A stretch of DNA of 64,000 nucleotides from a virus. Made by a program: the position numbers and the translations under genes. Location: positions 1 to 64,000 of the IMG/VR virus record IMGVR_UViG_3300013233_000167; one strand, written 5' to 3'. The notes below the pieces were generated by a model, which was not told where the DNA came from, searched no databases, and saw only the letters and a list, made by a program, of their open reading frames with translations. Of this stretch, positions 17,973 through 27,425 are shown piece by piece (the stretch's first letter is position 1; each line of letters begins with the position of its first letter).

Positions 17973-18506
17973 TCAGTTCGCCTCGCGGATCATCGCCTTG
18001 TACTTGTCGTCCTTCGGCGTCGTATTCTGCAACACGGCGTCGGCGAACTGGTCGGCATTGAACTTCTCCCCGCGCTCTTCGGCGAGCTTCCTCGCCTGCT
18101 CGATGGCCTCGTCCTTCCACGCAGGCGTGCGCTTGCCCTTCTGCAAGTCGTAGTCCACGCGCAGCGGTCCTTCCTCGAACGAACCCCGAGCACGCATCCT
18201 CAGCGCGTTGGCGGCGAAGATCTTCTCCATGTCGCCCATCGCGCCCTTGGCGAACGCGGCGAACCGCGCGACCTCCATGTGCGTCTGCAATACCTCGCCG
18301 TCCTCTGGCAGTCCCGACAGCTCCTCGCGGAACGTATCGACCGCCTCCATGAGCGTCTCGGCTGCCGCTTGGATCGCGGACGGGTCGAGCAAGCTCCTGT
18401 TGGATTCTACGCGGATCACTTCCGCCGCTGCGGCCTTCGTCTTAGTCGCGGTCTTGCGCTTCGCTATCTTCTTCCGCGTCGCCGTCTTTTTCTTCGCCTG
18501 TGCCAT
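17973..18506 (-). CDS. hypothetical protein with Lys-rich N-terminal tail
   Basis: MAQAKKKTATRKKIAKRKTATKTK then a helical domain. Confidence 0.7.
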   Translation of the reverse strand: MAQAKKKTATRKKIAKRKTATKTKAAAAEVIRVESNRSLLDPSAIQAAAETLMEAVDTFREELSGLPEDGEVLQTHMEVARFAAFAKGAMGDMEKIFAANALRMRARGSFEEGPLRVDYDLQKGKRTPAWKDEAIEQARKLAEERGEKFNADQFADAVLQNTTPKDDKYKAMIREAN

Positions 18507-18614
18507 GCCTAGTCTCCGTTGTCTCACCCACGAGGGTATCTGGGTCCGGTCGTCAATCCCACCGACAGAGTGCTGGTGGTTAGAAGTTGTATCGACTGTC
18601 GATCAGTCGTTTCT

Positions 18615-18812
18615 TTAGGGGTTTTCGCGCTTGTCCGTGGCTTCGCCTTCCGTGACCTTGCCGCCGGGGTCCTTGGGCGCGACTCCTCCCGAGGTGAGTC
18701 CCCCGAGAGAGCTGTCCTCGACGAGTGCGCCGGGCTTGTTGACCTTGCCTTCGGTCACGTCCGCCTTGGCGTTCACGTCGCCGCCGATCACGTTGCGTTT
18801 CTCGTCTGTCAC
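18615..18812 (-). CDS. small hypothetical protein (65 aa)
   Basis: GTG start with CAGGAG RBS; VTEG occurs twice. Confidence 0.6.
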   Translation of the reverse strand: MTDEKRNVIGGDVNAKADVTEGKVNKPGALVEDSSLGGLTSGGVAPKDPGGKVTEGEATDKRENP

Positions 18813-19155
18813 GTTGCTCTCCTGTTGTCGTCTGCGTGCGCGCGACTCCGGACCGTCTCCCGACCGCCAACCGGCGGGGCGCGAGTTGATGGGTAGTCGC
18901 TGGCTCATCGTAGTGGAAGGGGTAAGAGAACCCCCGATGCTTTTGGGCCTCCCGGCTCGCTCTATGCACTGAGTTCACCGACCGATTCCCACGCCCTTCG
19001 GAGGCTCTCCGTAAGGATACCCCATTTCGAGGAAAGATGAGGGGCCGAGTTGAAGAATCATCGACCCACGGACTACCACCGACCGCTGGGGGATTGGGGA
19101 GGGCCAGTACGGCCAGTAGAGGGGGGTATGTGTCGTCTCCGCGCCCGAGCGAATA

Positions 19156-20040
19156 CTACCGCCCTTTTCGCTTCGGGGCGTTGTTTCGGCGCTTGATCGA
19201 CAGCAATTTTTTCAGGTGTTGCTCGCGCGTCGGACCCTCTGCGAGCACACGCAGCGCCTCGTCCGACCCCACCACCCTGACGAGCAGTCGATGGCGGCAA
19301 TTCGTCAGACAGACCGTGAGGCCGCTGCGAGGCGTCGTCGGCAGATTCTTCTTGTGGTATGGATTATTGTCCACGAGGTACTGACACGACTCACACACGC
19401 GCTTGTCCTTCTTGCCCACCCATCTGAACACCGAGGTTGCAGGCAAACCCATGACGCGCGCGGAATCGTAGAAGCTCTCCAGCGCGTCGATGTACATTCC
19501 GGTCCGACGGTCGAGCGGCATCTTATAGTCCTGCTCCGTCACCGCCTTGACGAACTTGTTGAGGAAGCGCATCTCGTGCTTGATCGCGCTCTTGAGCCAC
19601 TTCTCATCTCCAGCCGAGAACTCAATGGGGTCGTGCGGGTTGCGCCCCCGTATTCCCGCTGACCTCACTCCCGCCACGAATACATCACGCCATGCACGCT
19701 TCATCACGCGCGACGAGTCTTGCTGAAAGTCCGTGTTCCAGGTCTCGCCGCGATCGTGCGCCATCACGAGCGGAAGCATCTCGGCGAACGCACGCTTCTT
19801 GATGCGCTTGAGCGCCCGCTTCCCAACCGTCACGCCCTTCTTGCGCGCGTTGGCGAACTCCTGCGGGCGGAGAAAGGAGTCCATCGTCTTGTCCTTGTCG
19901 AAAAAAACGAGATCGACCTCCTTGGCCGCGCCGACGTACTTGCCCTCATCGAGCGGCCACCCCGCTTCCTCCGCAATCGTGAACGACGGTAGAAAGATGA
20001 ACAGGTCGTCGTACTGAACGAGATCTCGAACGTCGGTCAT
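19156..20040 (-). CDS. head morphogenesis protein, MuF/SPP1 gp7-like
   Basis: C-terminal W...D.RVCESC...P.....CLTNCRHRL; lies next to the portal gene. Confidence 0.7.
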   Translation of the reverse strand: MTDVRDLVQYDDLFIFLPSFTIAEEAGWPLDEGKYVGAAKEVDLVFFDKDKTMDSFLRPQEFANARKKGVTVGKRALKRIKKRAFAEMLPLVMAHDRGETWNTDFQQDSSRVMKRAWRDVFVAGVRSAGIRGRNPHDPIEFSAGDEKWLKSAIKHEMRFLNKFVKAVTEQDYKMPLDRRTGMYIDALESFYDSARVMGLPATSVFRWVGKKDKRVCESCQYLVDNNPYHKKNLPTTPRSGLTVCLTNCRHRLLVRVVGSDEALRVLAEGPTREQHLKKLLSIKRRNNAPKRKGR

Positions 20041-20483
20041 TCCACGTCGCCGAGCTGGCGGGCGGCTGCCTCCCGGATCTGCCTCGTGGTCGTACGCACG
20101 AGTGACTTGCCGTTGGGGTTCGACTTGTTCCTCCGTGCCGTCTGCAAGCTCCGCTTCCCCTTCGTATTGCACGGGGCCATGATCTTCACTTGATGGCGGA
20201 AGCCACGCGACGGCACGAACACAGGGATGCTGTACGGGAAGCCATCGTTGTAGCGGTTGCACTTCTCCGCGCGCTGCTCCAGCCACGGTCCAATCTTCCC
20301 GAGACCTGGGATCAGGACCGGCTTCCCGACGCACACCTCGTCGGCGACGTTCTCGATCCAATACGTCAGGAACTTGAGTCCCTGTTCGCTAGAGATGCAC
20401 GCCGAGCCCGCCGCGTCGTCAATCGTGCGGACCAGCGTTTCACGTTCCTCGCCGCGTTTCAAGTAAGGTAAGCTAACTTTCAT
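20037..20483 (-). CDS. HU/IHF-like DNA-binding protein
   Basis: VADEVCVGKPVLIPGLGKI...PVFVPSRGFR matches the HU fold pattern. Confidence 0.65.
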   Translation of the reverse strand: MKVSLPYLKRGEERETLVRTIDDAAGSACISSEQGLKFLTYWIENVADEVCVGKPVLIPGLGKIGPWLEQRAEKCNRYNDGFPYSIPVFVPSRGFRHQVKIMAPCNTKGKRSLQTARRNKSNPNGKSLVRTTTRQIREAAARQLGDVE

Positions 20484-22564
20484 CTGCGTCCGGGCAGTTC
20501 TCCAGTGGTCCGAGCCTCGTAGGGTTTGCTGCTCTCAACAGCCGCTCCCGCGAGTGCAGCTCCCGCGCTCTTCTGCTCGGTCACCTTACCTGCCCGCTCC
20601 TTGTTGATTTTTTTTCGTTCGTCGAGGATCTTCTGCGCGCGGTTGCGCGCGTCGATGAACGCCTCGGCGATCTGTTCGTCCGTGGGCTCGTCCTGACCCT
20701 CATTGAGTTCAATCGTGATCGTGAGCGCCTCCTGTGAGGCATCGCGCAGGACCGTCACATCCTCCCACAGCGCCTTGATTTCAGGATCTTCATCGAAGTC
20801 GTCCTCGAAGAGCTGCGTCGCACTACCCACGACCTCAACCGGCAAGAGCGACGGGTCGATCTGCTGACGCGCACGTTCCGCTGCCTCGTCGGCCGCTAGG
20901 TCAGAGAAGTTGCGGACGTGCCCCTGCAAGCGCGGCGACGCCTCCAGGCATTGCTTCACCCACGACAGTTGCTCCTCTTCCGTGAGCAGCGTCTTGTACA
21001 GCTCTGCCGACTTGTGCTCATCGTCGAGCACCTGAGCCCGCTGCGTAGGCGTCATGGCCGCGAGACCCGCCTTGGTCTTGTCGTCCTTGGCCTCGATGGG
21101 CTTCTCTGAGGTCTGCTGCACGAGACGCAACACCATCTCCTCGGGGAGCTTGGCAAAGTTGATGAGGATATAGATGGCCCACATACGCGCATCGAGCTGC
21201 AAGTCGTTCTTGAGACCGCTCATCGTCTGCACGATCTCATAGCGCATACGCACCAACTCCAGACGCTCGAACTCGTCGAGGTAAGAAATGGGCGACATCT
21301 GAACGAGATACTCGTTGTCGCGCTTCGTCGGATCGTAGCGGTCCTTGTTCTCCGGCGACGCGAGCAACGTAAAGTGCACGTCGAGCAGTTGGCGCGCTCC
21401 GTACACAATCGCACGCTGGATGCGCTTGGCCGAGCGCGCGAAGCGAATGTCCTGTTGTTGGAGCGTCGCCTTCGCGTCGATCTCGCCCTCGAATCCGAAG
21501 TACGCCTTCGGAGCGGACGCGGCACCGAAGAAGGCGTCGCGGAAGTGTTCGAGGTCGTAGATGTCGCCGACGTTGCCGCCGCCTTGCAGGGTCTCGATGC
21601 GCGTGCTTGAGTCGGCGCGGATCGGGTAGAAGATGTCCTCCAGCGGAGTCAGCGGGTTCCACTGCTTCTTGTACGTCGCGCTCGCGGGGTCGATCAGCTC
21701 CGTCTTCTTGAGACGCTTGCGCCACTGGTTGACGTACCGCATGGCCTCGTGATCTTCGAGGCTCCCTACGTCCACGAGGATCACGTTGCGATCCGGGATG
21801 CGGCGCAAGCGGTACATGAGGAGCGAGTCCTCAATAAGCGTCATGGTCCGCCACTCACGAAAGAACTGCTCGCACAGCCCCGTGCCGTAGCCATCCTCCT
21901 CGTTCTTTCCGAGCAAGCGAAAATGAATGTAGTCCCACGGGAAGCTCGTGTCCGCGCCGTCCGGGTGAAGAGCCTTGCGGAACTTCGCACCCTGCTCCTT
22001 GAAGCCGACGAGGCGGCCGTACTTGTCCTCCACGCGGGTCATGTTGTGCTGACTCGCGTAGCGCCAGCCAAGCACGCCCTTCTCGGAAGCGTAGAGCAGT
22101 CGCTGGAACGAGTCGCCGTACTTACACATGCGGCGCGTGACGGCAAAGATCGTGTCCTCGATCTTGCAGTTCTGGAGGCAGGCGTTCCCGGCCTCGATCA
22201 TGTGCCGAGCCTTCGACTCGATCCAGACCCGCACTCCCCTGTCGTAGTCTGGCTGCGTGGACTCCTCGCTGTAGACGGACAGCACGGCGGCCACGAGACC
22301 GAAGGCGTCCATCTCGTCGAAGATGTCGTACCTGCGTCGGCGATCCGAAGCCAAGCTGGAAAGCCGGTCAAGCTCCCGGAACGACGCGAATTCGTCCCCG
22401 CGCTCGTCGAACCCGAAGTCGTAGCTGACCGGCCGTGTCTGTCGTCCGAAAAGTCCGTAGAGCTTCCAGAAAGCAGGGAGACGGTGGGGCTGGGTCGGGC
22501 GCTGAGTCCTCCGGGGGGTGCCCCCCGGCTGCGTCCTTACGTTTCTGGTTTCGTTCTCCGGCAC
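20480..22564 (-). CDS. portal protein, T4 gp20-like
   Basis: EDSLLMYRLRRIPDRNVILVDVG, EDIFYP, IETLQGG, DLEHFR, QDIRFAR. Confidence 0.93.
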   Translation of the reverse strand: MPENETRNVRTQPGGTPRRTQRPTQPHRLPAFWKLYGLFGRQTRPVSYDFGFDERGDEFASFRELDRLSSLASDRRRRYDIFDEMDAFGLVAAVLSVYSEESTQPDYDRGVRVWIESKARHMIEAGNACLQNCKIEDTIFAVTRRMCKYGDSFQRLLYASEKGVLGWRYASQHNMTRVEDKYGRLVGFKEQGAKFRKALHPDGADTSFPWDYIHFRLLGKNEEDGYGTGLCEQFFREWRTMTLIEDSLLMYRLRRIPDRNVILVDVGSLEDHEAMRYVNQWRKRLKKTELIDPASATYKKQWNPLTPLEDIFYPIRADSSTRIETLQGGGNVGDIYDLEHFRDAFFGAASAPKAYFGFEGEIDAKATLQQQDIRFARSAKRIQRAIVYGARQLLDVHFTLLASPENKDRYDPTKRDNEYLVQMSPISYLDEFERLELVRMRYEIVQTMSGLKNDLQLDARMWAIYILINFAKLPEEMVLRLVQQTSEKPIEAKDDKTKAGLAAMTPTQRAQVLDDEHKSAELYKTLLTEEEQLSWVKQCLEASPRLQGHVRNFSDLAADEAAERARQQIDPSLLPVEVVGSATQLFEDDFDEDPEIKALWEDVTVLRDASQEALTITIELNEGQDEPTDEQIAEAFIDARNRAQKILDERKKINKERAGKVTEQKSAGAALAGAAVESSKPYEARTTGELPGRR

Positions 22565-22596
22565 TATTCGTCCTCCGTTATGCGGTGGCGGGCAGT

Positions 22597-25500
22597 CTAC
22601 ACGTTGGACCGTAGGTCATCCCAGGTCTTCCTAGCCGCACCGATGGGCTCCCGATCCGTGTCGGGAGGCCGGGTGTCATTGGCGGCGCGCGCCGTCTGTC
22701 CGACCCGCGTGCGGGGCTCGAACTCCAGATCCGCCACCGACTCGTGCATGGCGCGCTCATCGTTCAGGCAGAGCCACACGACGCCCGCCACCGCGTCACT
22801 CACGTCCTTAGAATTGTGAACGAACACCCCTGCGGTGAGCGCGAAGTTCTCGGTTCCCGGGACCGAGAGGTCATACACGTCTCTCAGGGATCCTTGACGA
22901 ACCTCCACTACGCGATGGTTGCGCCGACGAAGCGCCGCCAACCGGCGTTCGACGAGACTCACGCTGCACTGAAACCTGGCAGCGGCCTCTCGTTGCGTGC
23001 AGCCCGTCTCAGCAATATGTGCGACGATATCTTCGGCCACCACGTCGCCTCGACGCCGAGCCGCGATCGCAAACGCGACGGTCCGTTTGCCAATCTCCGA
23101 CGCCACTCTTCGATGCTTGGCCGATTTGTTGTACTTCGTGATATTAGCGGTTCCGGTGCGCCGACCCAAAACCGTCGCACGCGCGTCCCTCGCCGAAGCA
23201 AACTCAGGGTCGAGATTCAGCTCCGTCATGTTCTTCCGCGAAAAGGCGCGGCCTTCGGGCGACCGCGCATAAGCAACGGCGCGCTCCCTACGCTTTGCCT
23301 CGAACACCGGATCCGCTCTCCGTGCGCACAGCTCCAGCGCGTGCATCCGCGAATGCTCTTCCGCAGGCATCAAGCACAGCGCACGAGGATCATTGTTCGG
23401 CTTCCCCTTCTCGTGGTGCATCACGCCATCTCCGAACTGATTGCCCGTATATCGACCCGGGTACTTCCACCTACCGACCATCCGATGCGTGAAGTGCCAC
23501 TTCTCCGAAGCAGGACACCAATACAATTCATACCCACGCATCCCATCACGATTCGACACCTTGCGATACAAAGGCATCAACGAATCTTCGGGTCGCAAGT
23601 CACCAGCTTCCCTATACGTTCCGTCCCGCAGCATCCAGCGGTGATCGGGTGTGCAGCACACTTCCTGTCCGTTGTCGAGAACCACGGTCACGGTCCGAGC
23701 ACGACGACACGTCAAACGCGGACGCACGGCACGACCCGCCGAGACCTTCCCTTTCGCCATCGTGTACACGTAGATATCCTCGTGCGCGTAATCGCGCGCG
23801 AGTTCCCGAAGCGTAACTTCGCATCCGTTCAACAACGACACCTTCGTATCACCGTCAAAACAGCCCTTTCCTCCCTGCGTGGACTTCTGCGGGTGGTCCA
23901 CCTTGTTCTTGCCCTTGAGATTGATAATGCGCTTCAAATCCAGCACTTCGTCGATGTAGGGCTTGTACTCGTACATTGAGATCCGGCGATCGAAGTGCGC
24001 GCTCCGAAGCGACAGGTAGGCGTCCTCCTTGCGGTCAACGGACTGGTGCCCCGCGTCTATGTGGTGCTTCTTGAGGATCTGAATCGAGTCGCTCGACTGA
24101 AACTGGTCGTACGTGACCTTGGCGATCGAGAAGATGCGGTTGAGAAACAAGATGAATGCCCGCACCTTCGAGAGATCGACCTCGCCTCCGTTGGGAGCCC
24201 TGACCCGCAGCATGAGGTCGATGATGATAAATGGGTTCGAGACGGTCGAGACCAACCCCTCGGCGTCGATCCTCTCCACCTTCACCGATCCGGCGACGTG
24301 CCCCATAGCGATCCCGAGCGCGTCGTCCGTGAGCCCGATATCAACATGAATGAAACGCGGGCACTTCGGATTCAGGCGCGGGACGTGCTTCGACCCCACC
24401 ACGCGCACGACGCGCTTGGCGATGAAGCTCTCTTCGATCAGCGAGTCGTCGTCGATGTCGCAGATGATCTCGGTACGCGAGAACGGATGCCGCATATTCT
24501 CCGACACAGCCTCGTGTACTGACGCTCGGTCTCGAATCAGCGGCGAGACGTTGAACGTGGCGACGCCCGCCATGTCGCGCAGAGCTTGGTCCAGGTCTTC
24601 GTCGAACGACTTCCGCAGCTCCAACGGCACGTCGATGACTCGTGCGCCCTTACGAGGCTCCTCGCCGGGTTCCAGAATCCGCGACGAGGATCGACGATCA
24701 CCAACCTCGACGTTGAAGCCCGGAAACGTATAGCGGCTCTTCGGCTTACATTCCCACAGCGCGTAGTCCGAGACGAACGTATGCTGCGCGTGGTCACCGC
24801 CCATCACCGTCCGCAAGTGCTCTTCCAGGAACGAAGTCTGCGCGTTGCGCGAGCTGATGAGAAACAGCATCCCGGGAAGCACCCCGCCGGGTCGGCCAAA
24901 GCGCGACTGGAGGCGTGTGTACGTCGCGTTGTAGAGATCGTACGCCTGCCCGATCGTCTTGCCCGTCTCCTTGTCCTCCTTCTCCATCATAAAGTTCGCC
25001 TCGTCCATGAGGAAGGCGAACAGGTCGAGACCGAGAGCGTGTCCCGCGCGAGAACCAGCCATGACCTGAATCTTCTTGCGAGCAACCGGCTCGAAGTCGA
25101 TCGGCGCATCTTTCCTCGGATCGCGCGGACAGTGTTCGGAGAAGTAATCGCTGTTGTCGATGTAGCCACGCAGTTTGTAGAAGCCAGCGCCCGTCGCTTG
25201 CGTGAGCGTCTTCGAGTAGACACCGAACACGATCTTCTCGTCGGGCAGCAACCCGTAGTACCTAGAAGCGTCGCGCAAGCACGACAGCACGCAGAGCTTG
25301 TAGCCCATCGCCACGTCCGACACCGTGGTCTTGCCAGTTCCGATTGCACCTGTGAGCACCCACTCGAAGACGGGCGATCCAGGACGGAAGACCTCGTACA
25401 GATCTTCCTTCCAACGTGGGTGCAGGAACGACGCGGCACGGCCGAAGTAGTAATCGTCCTCGATGAACTCCTCGATCGTTGGTGGCTGTCGCAGGTAGTC

Positions 25501-25746
25501 CACCTCCCACAACAGGCTGTGCAACGACGTGTCCGCCTGACCGTCCACAATCGCTTCCGCGAGCCACTCCACTACGAGCGCGCGTTCAGGTTTGGACAGC
25601 CCGTTGAACAGATCGCGGTCTCCGTACAACGTCTCCTCGGCAACGCGGTTGAAAAGCTGTACGTGCTCGTCGCGCAGCACGCGGGTCGCTTGAATAGAGC
25701 CCTTTCCTGCGCGGATGACCTTCGGCTTGGGTCTACGATGCACCAC
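22597..25746 (-). CDS. terL: terminase large subunit with intein
   Basis: Walker A GAIGTGKT, Walker B FLMDEAN, ISS, nuclease HVDIG and DQFQS, KVDHP...SKDVSDA; lies upstream of the portal. Confidence 0.93.
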   Translation of the reverse strand: MVHRRPKPKVIRAGKGSIQATRVLRDEHVQLFNRVAEETLYGDRDLFNGLSKPERALVVEWLAEAIVDGQADTSLHSLLWEVDYLRQPPTIEEFIEDDYYFGRAASFLHPRWKEDLYEVFRPGSPVFEWVLTGAIGTGKTTVSDVAMGYKLCVLSCLRDASRYYGLLPDEKIVFGVYSKTLTQATGAGFYKLRGYIDNSDYFSEHCPRDPRKDAPIDFEPVARKKIQVMAGSRAGHALGLDLFAFLMDEANFMMEKEDKETGKTIGQAYDLYNATYTRLQSRFGRPGGVLPGMLFLISSRNAQTSFLEEHLRTVMGGDHAQHTFVSDYALWECKPKSRYTFPGFNVEVGDRRSSSRILEPGEEPRKGARVIDVPLELRKSFDEDLDQALRDMAGVATFNVSPLIRDRASVHEAVSENMRHPFSRTEIICDIDDDSLIEESFIAKRVVRVVGSKHVPRLNPKCPRFIHVDIGLTDDALGIAMGHVAGSVKVERIDAEGLVSTVSNPFIIIDLMLRVRAPNGGEVDLSKVRAFILFLNRIFSIAKVTYDQFQSSDSIQILKKHHIDAGHQSVDRKEDAYLSLRSAHFDRRISMYEYKPYIDEVLDLKRIINLKGKNKVDHPQKSTQGGKGCFDGDTKVSLLNGCEVTLRELARDYAHEDIYVYTMAKGKVSAGRAVRPRLTCRRARTVTVVLDNGQEVCCTPDHRWMLRDGTYREAGDLRPEDSLMPLYRKVSNRDGMRGYELYWCPASEKWHFTHRMVGRWKYPGRYTGNQFGDGVMHHEKGKPNNDPRALCLMPAEEHSRMHALELCARRADPVFEAKRRERAVAYARSPEGRAFSRKNMTELNLDPEFASARDARATVLGRRTGTANITKYNKSAKHRRVASEIGKRTVAFAIAARRRGDVVAEDIVAHIAETGCTQREAAARFQCSVSLVERRLAALRRRNHRVVEVRQGSLRDVYDLSVPGTENFALTAGVFVHNSKDVSDAVAGVVWLCLNDERAMHESVADLEFEPRTRVGQTARAANDTRPPDTDREPIGAARKTWDDLRSNV
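22813..23862 (-). mobile_element. intein (350 aa) with HNH endonuclease in TerL
   Basis: GKG|CFDGDTKV...CTPDHRW...VYDLSV...VFVHN|S; internal HRMV...VMHH...NNDP.AL....EHSRMH. Confidence 0.95.
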
Positions 25747-26539
25747 GGTCCGACCTCTTTCGGGCAGGCTTGCGGCTCACACCCTTCTTCTTGGTCTTCT
25801 TCTTGGTCTTCTTCTTGGTCTTCTTCTTGGTCTTCTTCTTGGTCTTCTTCTTGGTCTTCTTCTTGGTCTTCTTCTTGGTCTTCTTCTTGGTCTTCCGCTT
25901 CGCCTTCTTCTTGAACCCTCCGCCGTTCGCCAACGTCTCGCGGAACTGTGCGCGGAACTCCTCGCGCGCAGCAGGCAAGCGGGGGGCGAGCTTGGAGATC
26001 GCGGTGCGGATACGCTCACGCGCCAAGATCTGCTCGGCCTCCGTCTGTCCGAGTTCCTCGTAGTCCACAGAACGCGCGGATTCCTCATCCCGAAAGAGCG
26101 TTTCGAGCTGGTTATCCATGCCTCGATGAGACGCAATCCGAAAGTCGTTTAGGCCCACGCCGGACATCACCGTCTTGGCAGCATCTACTTGCACCTTCGT
26201 CGGTTCCGGCTGCTTCACCATGAAGTTGCCGCGACTGTCGCGCTGTGCGTTGCCCGCCTTGTCGCGGTGGTATTCCGGTCCTGCGAGCGCGAGCGTCAAC
26301 ACCGCAGTCGCGGGGTCAATGAGCCGGTGAAGACTTCGGCGGATGAAGAACTTAGCGCGTACCTTGAGCGCATCGTGATGATCGAACTCATCCTTGAGCA
26401 GACGCAGCTCGACTTGAATGTCTTCGCGCTCGAAGAACGTACCGACAGCCTCCAGGGGGATTCCGGCCTCCAACAACGCCGCCGGACCCTCGAAGAAGGC
26501 TAGGTTGACGAGCGAGAGTTCATCTTCCGTCAGCGCCAC
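25733..26539 (-). CDS. hypothetical protein upstream of TerL (candidate small terminase) with (TKKK)9 tail
   Basis: Position immediately 5' of terL; helical; basic tail. Confidence 0.6.
   Translation of the reverse strand: MALTEDELSLVNLAFFEGPAALLEAGIPLEAVGTFFEREDIQVELRLLKDEFDHHDALKVRAKFFIRRSLHRLIDPATAVLTLALAGPEYHRDKAGNAQRDSRGNFMVKQPEPTKVQVDAAKTVMSGVGLNDFRIASHRGMDNQLETLFRDEESARSVDYEELGQTEAEQILARERIRTAISKLAPRLPAAREEFRAQFRETLANGGGFKKKAKRKTKKKTKKKTKKKTKKKTKKKTKKKTKKKTKKKTKKKGVSRKPARKRSDRGAS
25784..25891. repeat. perfect 12-bp tandem repeat x9 (CTTCTTCTTGGT)
   Basis: Read directly; encodes TKKK x9. Confidence 0.95.
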
Positions 26540-26542
26540 GAC

Positions 26543-27028
26543 TTAGCTTTGCCCGGGACCCTTGAACTCGTTGCCGTCGCTCGTGGCGGCGTTGCCGTCG
26601 GGGAACAGCGGTTGCTGACCCGGAAGGTCTTCCTTGACGGGCGCTCCGTCGGCATCCGTAGTCAGAGGAGCCCGCGCAGCATCGCGCTCCGCCACGGCTG
26701 CCACGAGTCGCATATTGAGATTCTCACACGACGCCTCCAGATCGTTGATCCGCTGGAGCATATCAGCCTTCTCTTGTGCGTGCTCACCGATTGCCTCGCG
26801 GCGACCTTCTTCCTTGGCGTGCTCCAACATCGCGGGAACGGTGTCGCCCTCGGGAGCGGCTTCCTGCGGGGCCTCGTCGTGCGTCTGCATAAGACGCTCG
26901 ACCAGTAACGCGACGTTGGCGCAGACCTTCGGATCCACCTCCATCGTCGGGAACTCGTTGCCGATGGCTTGGCGCGCAAGCACCCCCATGTTCGCGGCGT
27001 CTTGGATGAGCTGAGTGTCGTTTGGCAT
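26543..27028 (-). CDS. coiled-coil hypothetical protein
   Basis: AGGAG RBS; heptad region. Confidence 0.7.
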   Translation of the reverse strand: MPNDTQLIQDAANMGVLARQAIGNEFPTMEVDPKVCANVALLVERLMQTHDEAPQEAAPEGDTVPAMLEHAKEEGRREAIGEHAQEKADMLQRINDLEASCENLNMRLVAAVAERDAARAPLTTDADGAPVKEDLPGQQPLFPDGNAATSDGNEFKGPGQS

Positions 27029-27038
27029 AGCATTGCTC

Positions 27039-27425
27039 CTAGTAGTCTTTCTCCCACAGATTATGAGAGGTTTGAAAACGGACAGCGAAGTCTGTACGCG
27101 CCGGGTGCATCTCGCCCGTCGTTGGGCTGCGATACTCCCGAGGGTTCCGCTCGTAAGTGGTGAGGGTGCCGACGTTGCAGAAGACGACCGAGCCCCCCGG
27201 TGATCCGAGGGCGAGGCGCATCCGAGCGAGCAAAAAGTCCCAGATCGCCTCCGTCTCCGCGTACGTCAGTCCGAACTCCTCCGCGATTGCCCGCGTGATG
27301 GGCGTCTTGGAGATTTTCGCAGCATCGTCTGCACTAGGTCGTCGAGCAAGAGCATTCCTAACACCTCGCCGCTTGGGCGAGTCATCGTCAGGATTGGTCC
27401 CTTTTGTGGTTTTGGTTGAAGCCAT
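27039..27425 (-). CDS. HU/IHF-like DNA-binding protein (start uncertain)
   Basis: SKTPITRAIAEEFGLT...VVFCNVGTL...R.PREYRSPTTGE...VRFQTS. Confidence 0.8.
   Translation of the reverse strand: MASTKTTKGTNPDDDSPKRRGVRNALARRPSADDAAKISKTPITRAIAEEFGLTYAETEAIWDFLLARMRLALGSPGGSVVFCNVGTLTTYERNPREYRSPTTGEMHPARTDFAVRFQTSHNLWEKDY

Noticed and set aside
20608-20615. A-AAA-AAA run near the portal 3' end as a frameshift site
   Set aside because: The -1 frame stops within about 8 codons and no hairpin follows
25784-25891. Tandem repeats (also 37423-37533 and 51744-51788) as a CRISPR array
   Set aside because: No unique spacers and no cas genes; two of the three are coding repeats
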